A DNA stretch of 25,052 nucleotides from a virus (IMGVR_UViG_3300049982_000222:1-25052), one strand, 5' to 3'. Shown: positions 7,391-16,369, counted from the first letter of the stretch. Numbers and translations are program-made. Notes: generated by a model not told the origin, from the sequence alone.

Positions 7391-8808
7391 ATGTAGCCCT
7401 GCTCCCATCGCAGGACCGCCGAGGCGGTGCAGGGCACGGGTCCAGTGCTCTCGGTCTTGTAGGTGACTTTCGCGCGGATCTGATCGATCTTCGCTTCGCC
7501 TTTGCTACTGCCCGTTGCGCCGGCCTGGACAGCGATGGCGAAACCGAACCCGGGTGCGACGCAGTCGGCTCGGGTGAGCGTCTCGCCCCATTGATCGCCA
7601 CCGTAGACTGCGACCGCGTCCGCAGCCGGCCATGCTTCTGCTTTCGCCTTGTCGGTCGTGCCCACCGCCGAGCCAGTCTTCATCAACCGCACCCGGTAAT
7701 CGCTGAAGGTGAGCGCTGACCCTTCTTTCTGTGCCTTCGAGCGCTCCACTTCCAAAGTGACCGCCCTGGGATCGGCGTCGTCCGGCAGGACGCTCTCGAA
7801 GTCGAATTGGTATGCCTCGAGATATTCCGACTTCTGGCTGACGCCCAATTCTGCAACCGCATATTTGTTGTCGCTGGCGGTGACAAACCCAACACCGCTC
7901 CAGGCCACCGTGCCGCCCGACACGCCCGCAACGAGGGCAGCCCCGGCGGACCGTGCCGGCGTGGTCGCTTCGACCATGCTCGTCACTTCGAACTCTAGTT
8001 CCGAGCCTGGGGGGAGCGGTTCCGGCGCGACCCACAGCGAATTGTCGGCGGGATCGAGGAGGGCGGAACGATCGACCCCCGCCGTCGCCCCTACGATCGT
8101 CCTCGCGTCGAAGTCGAGGATGAGATTTTCCCCGCCCCAGATTTCCGGCAGCCGGATCGAGAGGCTCTTACCGCTCGTTTTGTTGCGGAGGATCAGCCGC
8201 GTTTCCGGTTCCTCAGCGGCGAGGGTCAGCACGGGGCGCCGGCTGTTCGTCGGTAACGAGAAGGCCATCGGCGTATTCGTCTCGGTGGCGACTTCTTCTA
8301 TCGAGGTGCCCTCTGAGAAGTAGCGGGGATCGCCCAACCGCAGCCCGACCACGAAAAGGCGTTCCCACGTCCGCCCGCCCTGCACGTCGATGATGTCGCA
8401 GGTAAGTGCGCGGGCTTCGTAGAAGACGGGCGGGACGGCGGCAAGTGCGGCGTTGTCGGGGTGGGGCGTCACGTCCATGCGCCCCTCGCCTTCGAGGTCG
8501 TTGAAAGCGGCGCGTAGATCCGCCTCGGCTTCACGCAACTCCAGCAGGGTCCGAGCCTGAATCGCGCCCTCAAAAACTGCAGTTTTGCCACGTCGGTTCG
8601 ATCGCCGGACGATCTCGCCGAGGCGGCCCACGGGGCGGTCTCGTTGGTCTTCGGGCTCGCCGAGACCCATCAGGCCGGAGATGCGGCGGACCCTGTATCG
8701 CGGCCACACAGGGGCGCCCGCGTCGTCCTTGATCCGGTTGAGGGTGATGGCCGGTTCGCTGGCGCCCGGTGGCGTCCATGCATGGCGGGCCTCGATTCCG
8801 AGCAGCAA
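7387..8808 (-). CDS. Distal tail protein (Dit-like) with inserted C-terminal domain
   Basis: Immediately follows TMP; GDPRYFS, LILDFDARTI, LPPG and terminal LRWEQGYI resemble the Dit/Sipho_tail pattern; TTG start after GAGGAGG. Confidence 0.72.
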   Translation of the reverse strand: MLLGIEARHAWTPPGASEPAITLNRIKDDAGAPVWPRYRVRRISGLMGLGEPEDQRDRPVGRLGEIVRRSNRRGKTAVFEGAIQARTLLELREAEADLRAAFNDLEGEGRMDVTPHPDNAALAAVPPVFYEARALTCDIIDVQGGRTWERLFVVGLRLGDPRYFSEGTSIEEVATETNTPMAFSLPTNSRRPVLTLAAEEPETRLILRNKTSGKSLSIRLPEIWGGENLILDFDARTIVGATAGVDRSALLDPADNSLWVAPEPLPPGSELEFEVTSMVEATTPARSAGAALVAGVSGGTVAWSGVGFVTASDNKYAVAELGVSQKSEYLEAYQFDFESVLPDDADPRAVTLEVERSKAQKEGSALTFSDYRVRLMKTGSAVGTTDKAKAEAWPAADAVAVYGGDQWGETLTRADCVAPGFGFAIAVQAGATGSSKGEAKIDQIRAKVTYKTESTGPVPCTASAVLRWEQGYI

Positions 8809-8844
8809 AAGATCAGTCCTCCTCTCGGTGTTGTTCCGGCGCGA

Positions 8845-11274
8845 TCATGCGGGCTTGATCCCCCCGCGGGCGCGCAGGCCAGCGCTGAGCTTTGCGAGCG
8901 CGATGTCGGGATCGGGGGAGCCGGTCCCGGGCGAGACCACCTTCAGGTCGTAGTTGTTGACGACCTGGCCGGCACCGCCACCAAGCGCGGGCGCGCCCGA
9001 CCCTGCAGCAGCAGCCGGCGCCGAGGCGCCGCGGCCGAGCGCTTTCAGGATGTTGCGGGTCTCCCCCGCGGTGTAGATGTCGGTCCCCTGCGGCAGGAAG
9101 GCAAGCTCGGGGCCCTGCTCGCCGACCATCGCGAACATCGATTCCCACAGGTTTTCCACACCGTTGGCGAAGCCGAGGGTGTCGGCGATCTTGCCCGGGA
9201 TCCCGGAGATGTCCGGGACGATATGGACGACGAGATCGATTCCGTCTGAGACGGCGTCCTTGACCTTCTGCCACAGTTCGCGGGCGGCGCCGACAATCTC
9301 GTTGGGCACGTTGAAGACGAAGGAAACCGCATCGGTGATGATGCCCTTGACGTCGCTCCACAGGTCCCGGGCGGCGCCAGCGGCGTCGTGGGGAACCTTC
9401 AGCACGAAGTCGATCGCGTCAGTAACGATGCCCTTGGCGGCCCGCCAGATGTCGCGGACGATCCCAAGCACCTCCCGGGGAGCGTGGAAGACGAACTCGA
9501 TCACGTCGCGGATAACCCCGCGCGCCGTCCGCCAGATATCGCGCACGACCCCCAAAACGTCCCGAGGCGCCCGGAAGACGAAATCGATCACGTCCTTGAT
9601 GACGTCCCTGGCGCCGGCCCACAGGTCACGTACCGCGCCGATCACCTCAGTAGGGGCATGGAAGACGAACTCGATCGGCTTCGAGAGCAACCCCACCACC
9701 TCGCCGACGACGCCCTTCACGGCGTCGAAGGCGTCGCCAGCCGCGCTCTTGACGGAGTCGAAGGCGCCCGCCAGGAGGGTGATTGGAAGGATCACCGACG
9801 TGGCCACCCTCAGCAGCTCCGGGAAGTGGTCGACGAGGAACGAGAGCCCCTTGTTGGCCGCTTCAAGCATCAGGTTGAGGACGTGCACCACAGGGGTCAG
9901 CCCCGGTGCCACCAGCTCCCCGATCTGGATCAGGGCGACGGCGACGTTCAGGATCAGCTTCCCCAGTTCGCTCGCCAGCGGCCCCGTCTGCACGAAGAAC
10001 TGTTTGATCTTGTCGAGCCCGTCGCTCGAGCGCAGCCACTCGGCGAGGTTTTCGGCCCCGTCGCCGAGCGACTTGACGATCTCATCGCCGAAGGGCGCGA
10101 AGGCCGCGACGAGGGTCCCGACGAGGTCGATGAGGCCGCCCATCAGGTGGCCCCACGACCGCAGCGAGTCGACCATCCCACCGATCGTGTCCCGCAGCGC
10201 GCCGATGTCCGAGGTCTTGTCGGCGATCCCTTCGAGGAACTTCGCGACAGCGCGGAAGCCCTGGATCAGGAACGGCATCGCCGCGGTGGCGATGTTGCGC
10301 AGGATCTCCGCGAAGGCGCCGAAGCTGCGCGCGAAGAGGGGCGTCAGCTTCGTCAGGGAGTCCGTCGCGAAGATGAAGAAGTGGCGCCAGGCGGGCGAGG
10401 AGAAATGCTCGCCGAGCAGTCGGAAGGCATCGCCGCCGGCTTTGCCGAGGCGGGTGAAGGCCGGGCCGAGGGACTCGATCAGCGGGGCGACGTCGCGGAT
10501 CGCCTGAGAGATCCCCTTGAACAGCGCATCGGCGCCGCCAGCGGTCGCTTTGGTGAAGACGTTGACGAGGTCTTTGACGTTCCCTGCGAGCGCGTAGGCA
10601 GCCGTCCCGGCTTCTTCGGACTGCTCCTTGAAGCGGGCGATGGCGCCGATTCCGAGCAAGATTCCGGGGATCAGGGCAGCGCCGAAGGCGACGCCCATCG
10701 CACCGATCGCCCCGACTGCGCTGACGGCGGAGGCGGCGACGGCAAGCAGTTGCCCGGCGAGCGCAATGACGACCGCAATCACGGCCGGGCCGATCGTCAG
10801 AAGTTTCGCCAGCGACGTCGACCAGCGACCGACCCCGATGTCGGCGCCGAGGATGCCGCTGATGAATGAGCGGATCCCGCCGCCGGCGGCCGTCTCCGTG
10901 TCCTTGCCGATCTGGGCGATTTGCCCGGAGAGGGCGCCCAGTTTCTCGGCGATCCCCCGCTTGACGTCGACATCGACGGTGACGTCCTCGCCGTCGATTT
11001 TGGTGAGCTCGGCCTGCAGGGCCGTGAGGTCCGCCTGCGCTTTGGCGATCTTGACGTTGACCTCCGCCGAGACCTCTTTGGCGTCGATCGACGCCAGTTT
11101 CACCTTCAGCTCGTCGAGTTCCCGGCTCGCTTCGCTGGTGTCAACGTAGGCGACCGCTTCGGCTTCCTCGCGGCTGAACAGCGCAAGCTCACGGGCGACG
11201 TCGGCCAGCTCGCGCTTGGCGTCTGCCGACTCGCCCGTGACCTCGAGCAGAATGTTCGCCACGCTGAGGCCCAT
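8845..11274 (-). CDS. Tape measure protein (809 aa)
   Basis: Long Ala/Gly/Leu-rich helical protein after the chaperone genes; hydrophobic segments; C-terminal FANG...MVGEQGPEL motif. Confidence 0.92.
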   Translation of the reverse strand: MGLSVANILLEVTGESADAKRELADVARELALFSREEAEAVAYVDTSEASRELDELKVKLASIDAKEVSAEVNVKIAKAQADLTALQAELTKIDGEDVTVDVDVKRGIAEKLGALSGQIAQIGKDTETAAGGGIRSFISGILGADIGVGRWSTSLAKLLTIGPAVIAVVIALAGQLLAVAASAVSAVGAIGAMGVAFGAALIPGILLGIGAIARFKEQSEEAGTAAYALAGNVKDLVNVFTKATAGGADALFKGISQAIRDVAPLIESLGPAFTRLGKAGGDAFRLLGEHFSSPAWRHFFIFATDSLTKLTPLFARSFGAFAEILRNIATAAMPFLIQGFRAVAKFLEGIADKTSDIGALRDTIGGMVDSLRSWGHLMGGLIDLVGTLVAAFAPFGDEIVKSLGDGAENLAEWLRSSDGLDKIKQFFVQTGPLASELGKLILNVAVALIQIGELVAPGLTPVVHVLNLMLEAANKGLSFLVDHFPELLRVATSVILPITLLAGAFDSVKSAAGDAFDAVKGVVGEVVGLLSKPIEFVFHAPTEVIGAVRDLWAGARDVIKDVIDFVFRAPRDVLGVVRDIWRTARGVIRDVIEFVFHAPREVLGIVRDIWRAAKGIVTDAIDFVLKVPHDAAGAARDLWSDVKGIITDAVSFVFNVPNEIVGAARELWQKVKDAVSDGIDLVVHIVPDISGIPGKIADTLGFANGVENLWESMFAMVGEQGPELAFLPQGTDIYTAGETRNILKALGRGASAPAAAAGSGAPALGGGAGQVVNNYDLKVVSPGTGSPDPDIALAKLSAGLRARGGIKPA
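9241..9675 (-). repeat. Five tandem 29-aa (87-nt) repeats in TMP
   Basis: Units such as IEFVFHAPTEVIGAVRDLWAGARDVIKDV / IDFVFRAPRDVLGVVRDIWRTARGVIRDV; F, P and W recur every 29 aa. Confidence 0.9.
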
Positions 11275-11302
11275 CGGGCAGCTGCTCTCCTTCCGGGACC
11301 GC

Positions 11303-11704
11303 TCACGTCCAAATCGGTGAGCGGTCCCATTCGTCGTCTTGGCCCCCGGTCAGGGGCTCGGGGTCAGGGAATGCCGCCTCGATCGCCTCGCGGGCGTTCT
11401 CGGCTCGGGCGGCGTTGACGGCGGCGGCGAGGTCCCGGTACTCGCGAACCCGCCGCCGGCGCCAGCCGTCGTACAGCGCCAGCAGGCGCGGGACGGTTAG
11501 TCCGCGCTCGCCGCTGGCGTCGGTATTGGGCTCGGCGTAGAAGAACTCGTCGAGCCCGATTCCCCACTCGTGGAGGGCGAGGTCGGCGAGGGAGCCGAGG
11601 TCGGCGAGGTCGACGCTATCTCCAGGAACTTCTCCGACTCCGTCAGCTTCGTCACCAGGAACGCCGTCGCTTTCTCCCAGATCACTGGCCCCAGGAGCGC
11701 TTTT
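11303..11704 (-). CDS. Tail assembly chaperone T segment (-1 frame extension giving gpGT); not in ORF track
   Basis: -1 frame is open from 11785 to TGA at 11303 with no start codon: ...DLADLGSLADLALHEWGIGLDEFFYAEP...LTVPRLLALYDGWRRRR...DEWDRSPIWT. The shift position is approximate. Confidence 0.75.
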   Translation of the reverse strand, partial: KSAPGASDLGESDGVPGDEADGVGEVPGDSVDLADLGSLADLALHEWGIGLDEFFYAEPNTDASGERGLTVPRLLALYDGWRRRRVREYRDLAAAVNAARAENAREAIEAAFPDPEPLTGGQDDEWDRSPIWT

Positions 11705-12051
11705 AGGGCGTCCAACACCTCGCCGCCGTTGACGAGCTTCACGGCCTTGAAGGCGCCGGTCAGCTGCGGTGCGGTCGGGGAGCAGTCAGCCTCCCGGCCG
11801 ATGTAGACCTTGGCCTTCATCGCCTCCTCGGAGTCGAAGCCGAGGAACTCGTGCAGGGGCATCAGCTCGGGGATGAAAACCTTCAGCGTCTCGTACGCCT
11901 TGGCGCCGAGCACCCTGGCGCCGTCGAGGCCGTCGACCTCGGCTTCGAGGGCGCCCTGTAACTCCGGACCGAGTTCGTTCATCAGGTACCCGATGGGCTG
12001 GGGGCGCACCTCGTAGGTGTGCGCCCCCAGCTTGATCTTCTGCGGCTTCAT
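11497..12051 (-). CDS. Tail assembly chaperone G
   Basis: Located between tail tube and TMP; Ser/Thr/Pro-rich C-terminus overlaps the T frame. Confidence 0.8.
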   Translation of the reverse strand: MKPQKIKLGAHTYEVRPQPIGYLMNELGPELQGALEAEVDGLDGARVLGAKAYETLKVFIPELMPLHEFLGFDSEEAMKAKVYIGREADCSPTAPQLTGAFKAVKLVNGGEVLDALKALLGPVIWEKATAFLVTKLTESEKFLEIASTSPTSAPSPTSPSTSGESGSTSSSTPSPIPTPAASAD

Positions 12052-12054
12052 CGA

Positions 12055-12726
12055 CTATTCCGCCGCTTCGATCGTGCCGGTCTGCTCGTCGATCCACAGG
12101 CCGTGCTCCTCGCCGGTTTCCTGCGAGTCGTCGGGGTACGCCTGGAACGTCAGCGGCGCCGAGGCGAGGTTGCCCTTGGCGAGGTTGAGGGACGCCTGGT
12201 CGCCGGTGATCTTGGCGGCGAGCAGGACCGCGGCTACGAAGGCTCCGCGTTTCGTGCCGCCGCTCTCGGTCACGTCGGCGCCTTTGCCCTTGAGCCGGCG
12301 ACCGACGATGGCGACGACGTACTCCTCGAGGGATTCGACGCTGCCGACCCGAATCTGCTTCTCCGCCGAGCGGCCTTTCGCTTTGGCGACGGTGTCGATG
12401 TTCTGGGCCTGCTCCATCATCTGGAGCAGTTCCGGGGTGACCTCCCCGAACTGGCCTTGGACCGTGCGGACCACGTCGGTGACGTCCTCATCGACGTTGC
12501 CGGTGGCCTGCTCGATCTGGTAGCCGGTCGTGGAGAACTGGCGGCTGTAGGCCGACCCGCTCGTAGTGGCGCCGAAGAACTTGAAGGGCGCTTTCGGCGC
12601 GTAGGGCTCCCCATCGGGCTCGAACAGGCTGGCGAGGTTCGCCACCGCCGTGCCGGCTGGCGCGTAGAGCCAGGAGCACGGCCCCTTGAGGAGATTTTTC
12701 AGTTCGTACTTGTTGAGACCTTCCAC
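12055..12726 (-). CDS. Major tail (tube) protein
   Basis: LLKGP, FFGATTSG, LTFQAYPD pattern; size and position; GGAGG RBS before GTG. Confidence 0.82.
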   Translation of the reverse strand: MEGLNKYELKNLLKGPCSWLYAPAGTAVANLASLFEPDGEPYAPKAPFKFFGATTSGSAYSRQFSTTGYQIEQATGNVDEDVTDVVRTVQGQFGEVTPELLQMMEQAQNIDTVAKAKGRSAEKQIRVGSVESLEEYVVAIVGRRLKGKGADVTESGGTKRGAFVAAVLLAAKITGDQASLNLAKGNLASAPLTFQAYPDDSQETGEEHGLWIDEQTGTIEAAE

Positions 12727-12738
12727 AGGTCAGTCCTC

Positions 12739-13068
12739 CTAGTTGGCGGCCGCGTCGGCCGGCTGGTTGTCGCGCGCCTGGATGGCGGCTCGGACGTCGT
12801 CGACGGAGATCAGGCCGTCGCCCTCGATCGAGTCGAGGGCGATGCCCTCTTCCTCGGCCAGCTCGCGCGCCTTGGCGCTCGCCGTCCGCGGCTCGCCGTC
12901 GCCGATGTCGAAGGTGTGCCCCTCGGTCGACTCCAGCTCCCGGGCGACGTCGTCGGGCACGTCCTTCACCGCGACGTCGACCGGCAGGCGGAACTTGCCG
13001 TCTGCGGTGACGTAGCGGGTGGTCGGGTCGCGGGGGTCATCCGCCCCGCGGTAGGTGACGGTCTTCAT
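12739..13068 (-). CDS. Phage protein with C-terminal E3-binding (PSBD)-like domain
   Basis: TASAKARELAEEEGIALDSIEGDGLISVDDVRAA resembles the ASPxARxLAxExGIDLxxVxGxGxxGRIxxxDV pattern with a shortened loop; GAGGAGG RBS. Confidence 0.75.
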   Translation of the reverse strand: MKTVTYRGADDPRDPTTRYVTADGKFRLPVDVAVKDVPDDVARELESTEGHTFDIGDGEPRTASAKARELAEEEGIALDSIEGDGLISVDDVRAAIQARDNQPADAAAN

Positions 13069-13098
13069 GTGGTCGGCCCTCCTCGGGTCGGTTGGGGG

Positions 13099-13560
13099 TT
13101 AGAGAAGCTCTGCGACGGCGAGCGTGAAGTCGGCTCGCCGGGCTTTGGTCGAGTCGTCGAAGACGGCGAAGGGCGGCTCATAGGACGCCTGCCAGTAGGG
13201 CGAGGCGCCTTCGACGCGGTCGCCGAGGGTGATCTCCCCGCTTTCGCGTTCTGAGCGGAGGGCGCCCGCGAGCTGGCCGACGAAGCCCTCCAGCTTCGCG
13301 CTGGCTTCGTCGTCATCGTTGACCAGGAATTCGATGCTCGCGTTGGCGACGTGGAGGACCGCTTGCTCAAGGCCGACGTCGGCGACCTCGAGCCCAAGGC
13401 TCGGCTGGCTCGCCGTGTCCTGCTCGCTGGTGACCGCGGCCATCGCGATCGGGAGCGCGTCGAGGATCTGGTCGGCGTCGTGGTCGTAGACGCTGTTCAG
13501 GTCCGGGCACGTCTCGGTCGCCCATCTGACGACGGCTCTGGCAATCTCGGTGGCCTCCAC
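13099..13560 (-). CDS. Putative tail terminator/completion protein
   Basis: Position upstream of the tail tube; size; acidic alpha/beta pattern. Confidence 0.6.
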   Translation of the reverse strand: MEATEIARAVVRWATETCPDLNSVYDHDADQILDALPIAMAAVTSEQDTASQPSLGLEVADVGLEQAVLHVANASIEFLVNDDDEASAKLEGFVGQLAGALRSERESGEITLGDRVEGASPYWQASYEPPFAVFDDSTKARRADFTLAVAELL

Positions 13561-14067
13561 CTAGAACCTCGCTTCTATCTTGCGGCCGAGGCGGGATGCC
13601 ACGGTCTGGGCAGCAGCGGCGACCTCGGGGAAGGCGTCCTCGGCCCAGTCGCTCGCCGGGTGGTAGCCGGCGACGGAGGCCCTAAAGAGGACTCGGCCGC
13701 CGATCGTGAAGCGCAGCGCGCCCGCCCGGGCCTTGCCGTTGGCAAGCGTGCTGGCGGCGGCGTGCTTCGGGAAGATGCGGGCGACCGCGTGCCCGAACCG
13801 GGTGATGCGGACGTAGTCGAAGCCGGTAGCCGGATTCTTGGCCTCGTCTTTGACGATCACCTTCCCGCCGAGGGCGATCGACGCGATGCCTCGGATCAAG
13901 CGGCCCGATTTGTGGGGCGCGTGCGCCCCGAAGATCACCTCGGCGCGGCGGCCGAGTTCCCGCTGGGCCTCCAGCGTGTCCCCCGGCAGAAGATCGGAGG
14001 CAACGTTGAAGCGCCGGAGCACGCCGTCGACCCCGACAGGGCGGGCCTTGATCGCGATCTTCGCCAC
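13561..14067 (-). CDS. HK97 gp10-like neck/tail-completion protein
   Basis: APHKSGRLIRGI (AP-x-xSGxLxxSI-like), basic, YVRITRFGH, V.GYHP. Confidence 0.7.
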   Translation of the reverse strand: MAKIAIKARPVGVDGVLRRFNVASDLLPGDTLEAQRELGRRAEVIFGAHAPHKSGRLIRGIASIALGGKVIVKDEAKNPATGFDYVRITRFGHAVARIFPKHAAASTLANGKARAGALRFTIGGRVLFRASVAGYHPASDWAEDAFPEVAAAAQTVASRLGRKIEARF

Positions 14068-14068
14068 G

Positions 14069-14674
14069 TCAGCCTGCCTTGCGCAGGGAGGCGGTCACGA
14101 ACGGGACTTCGGAGCCGAGCGCCGCTTCGGCGATCTTCCACACGGAGCCGTCGGCGAAGTGGAGCGTCTGCGTTTTCTTCGGGGTGATGTACTGCCACGC
14201 GCTCGGGGGCAGCTCGCAGAAGGTGTCGTGGTAGGTGCCCCGCTGGTTGTGGCTCTCGCGCCCTTGGAAGACCGCGCAGGCCACCGTCGCCAGCGCGACG
14301 TCGCCGCCGAGGTCCCGCAGCTCGGCGCTGCGCGGGTAGAGGTCGCTCACCGGCAGCATCGGCGCGCTGAAGCCGATGGTCCGGCGGCCGTTGGTCACGG
14401 GGCGCGGATCGGCGAGCAGCTCGTACACCGCATCGGCGGGGACCTCGATGCGATCGCACGCGGCGAACTCGGCCGGCGCCGACTGCCAGGTGAGCCGCCA
14501 GGAGGAGAGGCCATTGCGGGGCGAGCCCTCGAAGGTGCTGTTGTCGCTGCCCGGGACGGTGACGTGCGCGGGAAAGTAGGCGGTCGCGTCGTCGTCGAGC
14601 GTCAGCGCCAACCCTTCCTCGAGAGTGACGCCGAGGACGCGGCGGACGCGGCAGTCGAGGGGCGTGCCGAGCAT
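14069..14674 (-). CDS. Putative head-closure/head-tail adaptor protein (201 aa)
   Basis: ATG 14674 in TGATG overlap with the upstream stop; beta-rich; CDRIEV...VYEL..DPRP pattern; position. Confidence 0.55.
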   Translation of the reverse strand: MLGTPLDCRVRRVLGVTLEEGLALTLDDDATAYFPAHVTVPGSDNSTFEGSPRNGLSSWRLTWQSAPAEFAACDRIEVPADAVYELLADPRPVTNGRRTIGFSAPMLPVSDLYPRSAELRDLGGDVALATVACAVFQGRESHNQRGTYHDTFCELPPSAWQYITPKKTQTLHFADGSVWKIAEAALGSEVPFVTASLRKAG

Positions 14675-15081
14675 CAGGCGGCGCTCCAGTCGATGAGCGG
14701 CATGTGGGCGGCGAGAGCCTTTGCGGTCGCGTCTACGCCGTACTCGAGCGCGCGTCGGAAGGAACGGCTGTACAGGTCGTAGGTCGGCCGCGAGAGGTGC
14801 GGCTGCAGGTCTTCCTCGACCGTGTCCTGCATTGGCGCGAAATGGCAATGGACAAGCTCGTGGACGATCACGTAACGCTGCTCTGCAGGCTCGAAGTCGC
14901 GGAAGCTGGGGCTGAGGCGGATCACGGCCTCCGTGCGCCCTTCTGGCCAGCTAACGCTGCCACCGTCGCCATCCGGCGCCGGCGAGCGCCAGTTGAACTG
15001 CACGCCCCAGTCGCGCAGGCCGATCTCGTCGGCCACTCTGCGCGCGTAGCGCTCGACGATGCGGCGGTCCCTCTTCTTCAC
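14674..15081 (-). CDS. HExxH zinc metallopeptidase-like protein (135 aa)
   Basis: EQRYVIVHELVHCHF plus downstream E in LEYGVD; GTGA overlap with the MuF stop. Confidence 0.78.
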   Translation of the reverse strand: MKKRDRRIVERYARRVADEIGLRDWGVQFNWRSPAPDGDGGSVSWPEGRTEAVIRLSPSFRDFEPAEQRYVIVHELVHCHFAPMQDTVEEDLQPHLSRPTYDLYSRSFRRALEYGVDATAKALAAHMPLIDWSAA

Positions 15082-15899
15082 CGAGCACCCTCCGGCGCCG
15101 GCGCGAGGCCGTGCTGGCAGTTCGGGTGAAACGGCGGGATGCGGCGGATGACGGGATAGCCGGGCGTGTGGCCGGTCAGCGACAAGGTCTTGCCCTCCAA
15201 GGATCGACAGGGGTTCTGGGGGTCGTGCGGGTGGTGGTGGCAGCCGGGATGCCCCTCGGGCAGGGAGATGCGGACCAGGTCGCGGCCCACCGTCAGCACC
15301 GCGTCGGCGACGCCGCGGTTCGCGGCCTGCGAGGTCGTGGTGCGGATCACCATCCGGGAGTAGTTGGAGAGGGTCCAGCGGCGGTCGCTTTTGTCGACGA
15401 AGCCGGTCAGGCCCTTTGCCATCAGATCGCGGCGGATCAGGCCGGCGGCGGCGCGCTCGGGAAGCTCGCGAGCGATTTGGCGCGCCGCCTGCTGAAGACC
15501 GACGCGCCGGAAGGTGTCATCGAAGCGCCGGCCCACGGTGACGAGCGAGGAGTCGAGCCGCTCGACCGCGCTGTCGACGATCGCCGCGATGGCGTGCCGC
15601 CGGACAAGGCCCATCGGCCGGGCGCCGACCAGGCGGGCGCCATCGTCGTAGGCGGTCTCCAGCACCTCGCGGGCGTGCTGGCGGAAGCCGACCCGCATCC
15701 TCCCGATGAGCCGCTGGGCGCGGGAGTGGTATTCGCGCCGGGTCCGCATGGAGCCGAGCGCCCCTTCCGCGAGGGCTTCCTGCGCCAGGGCGGACAGCTG
15801 AAGCTCCAGCGCCACGAATGCGAGGGTCAGGTCGCGTTCGGTCGCCTGTTGGGCGCCAGCGGCGGCTCCGGCGCTCTGCGCGCCCGCGGCGCGCGCCAT
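15078..15899 (-). CDS. MuF-like phage minor capsid protein
   Basis: GFVDKSDRRWTLSNYSRMVIRTT, C...CRSLEGK, PPFHPNCQH motifs. Confidence 0.88.
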   Translation of the reverse strand: MARAAGAQSAGAAAGAQQATERDLTLAFVALELQLSALAQEALAEGALGSMRTRREYHSRAQRLIGRMRVGFRQHAREVLETAYDDGARLVGARPMGLVRRHAIAAIVDSAVERLDSSLVTVGRRFDDTFRRVGLQQAARQIARELPERAAAGLIRRDLMAKGLTGFVDKSDRRWTLSNYSRMVIRTTTSQAANRGVADAVLTVGRDLVRISLPEGHPGCHHHPHDPQNPCRSLEGKTLSLTGHTPGYPVIRRIPPFHPNCQHGLAPAPEGAR

Positions 15900-16351
15900 C
15901 AGGGTTCGTCTTCGTGGAAGCTCTGTGCGATGCCGGCGTTGCGGCCGCGGCGGCGCCGGGTGGCGCGGGCGAACCGGACAGCGAGGCCGGACTGCGACAG
16001 CAGGATCTCGGCACGCTCGCCGAAGTTGGGGCCGTAGGGGCCGCTGGTGGCGACGTCGCCGGAGACGGAGCGCTGCCGCTGGCGGGACTCGACGCCGGGG
16101 TCCCGGTAGAGGACGGCGGCCACCTCGGCCGTCGCTTTCGCCAGCTTCTCGACGCGCCAGGCGTCCTCGTCGGCGGCGACGACCTTGCGGCCCGTGTCGG
16201 GGTCGACGGGGCGGTTGCCGAGGCGCTCGTCGATCAGGTCCTCGGCGCGCTCGATCAGGTCGTCAGCCTCGGCGTCTGGCAGGAGTTCCTCGGACAGGCC
16301 GCCGAGGGCTTCCCGTAGCTGCCCAGCGGTCGCGTAGTAGGGCTCAGGCAC
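15899..16351 (-). CDS. Head-tail connector (adaptor) protein
   Basis: YATAGQL, LIERAEDLID, LAKATAEVA, ILLSQSGL pattern typical of gp15/gp6-like adaptors. Confidence 0.75.
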   Translation of the reverse strand: MPEPYYATAGQLREALGGLSEELLPDAEADDLIERAEDLIDERLGNRPVDPDTGRKVVAADEDAWRVEKLAKATAEVAAVLYRDPGVESRQRQRSVSGDVATSGPYGPNFGERAEILLSQSGLAVRFARATRRRRGRNAGIAQSFHEDEP

Positions 16352-16369
16352 GATGCCCGCCCCCCAATG

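Noticed and set aside
5132-7990. Diversity-generating retroelement acting on tail genes
   Set aside because: No reverse transcriptase and no TR/VR repeat pair visible in this window
12049-12057. Tail tube stop in frame with chaperone start (TAG TCG ATG), suggesting readthrough fusion
   Set aside because: A one-in-three chance arrangement with no readthrough context or precedent
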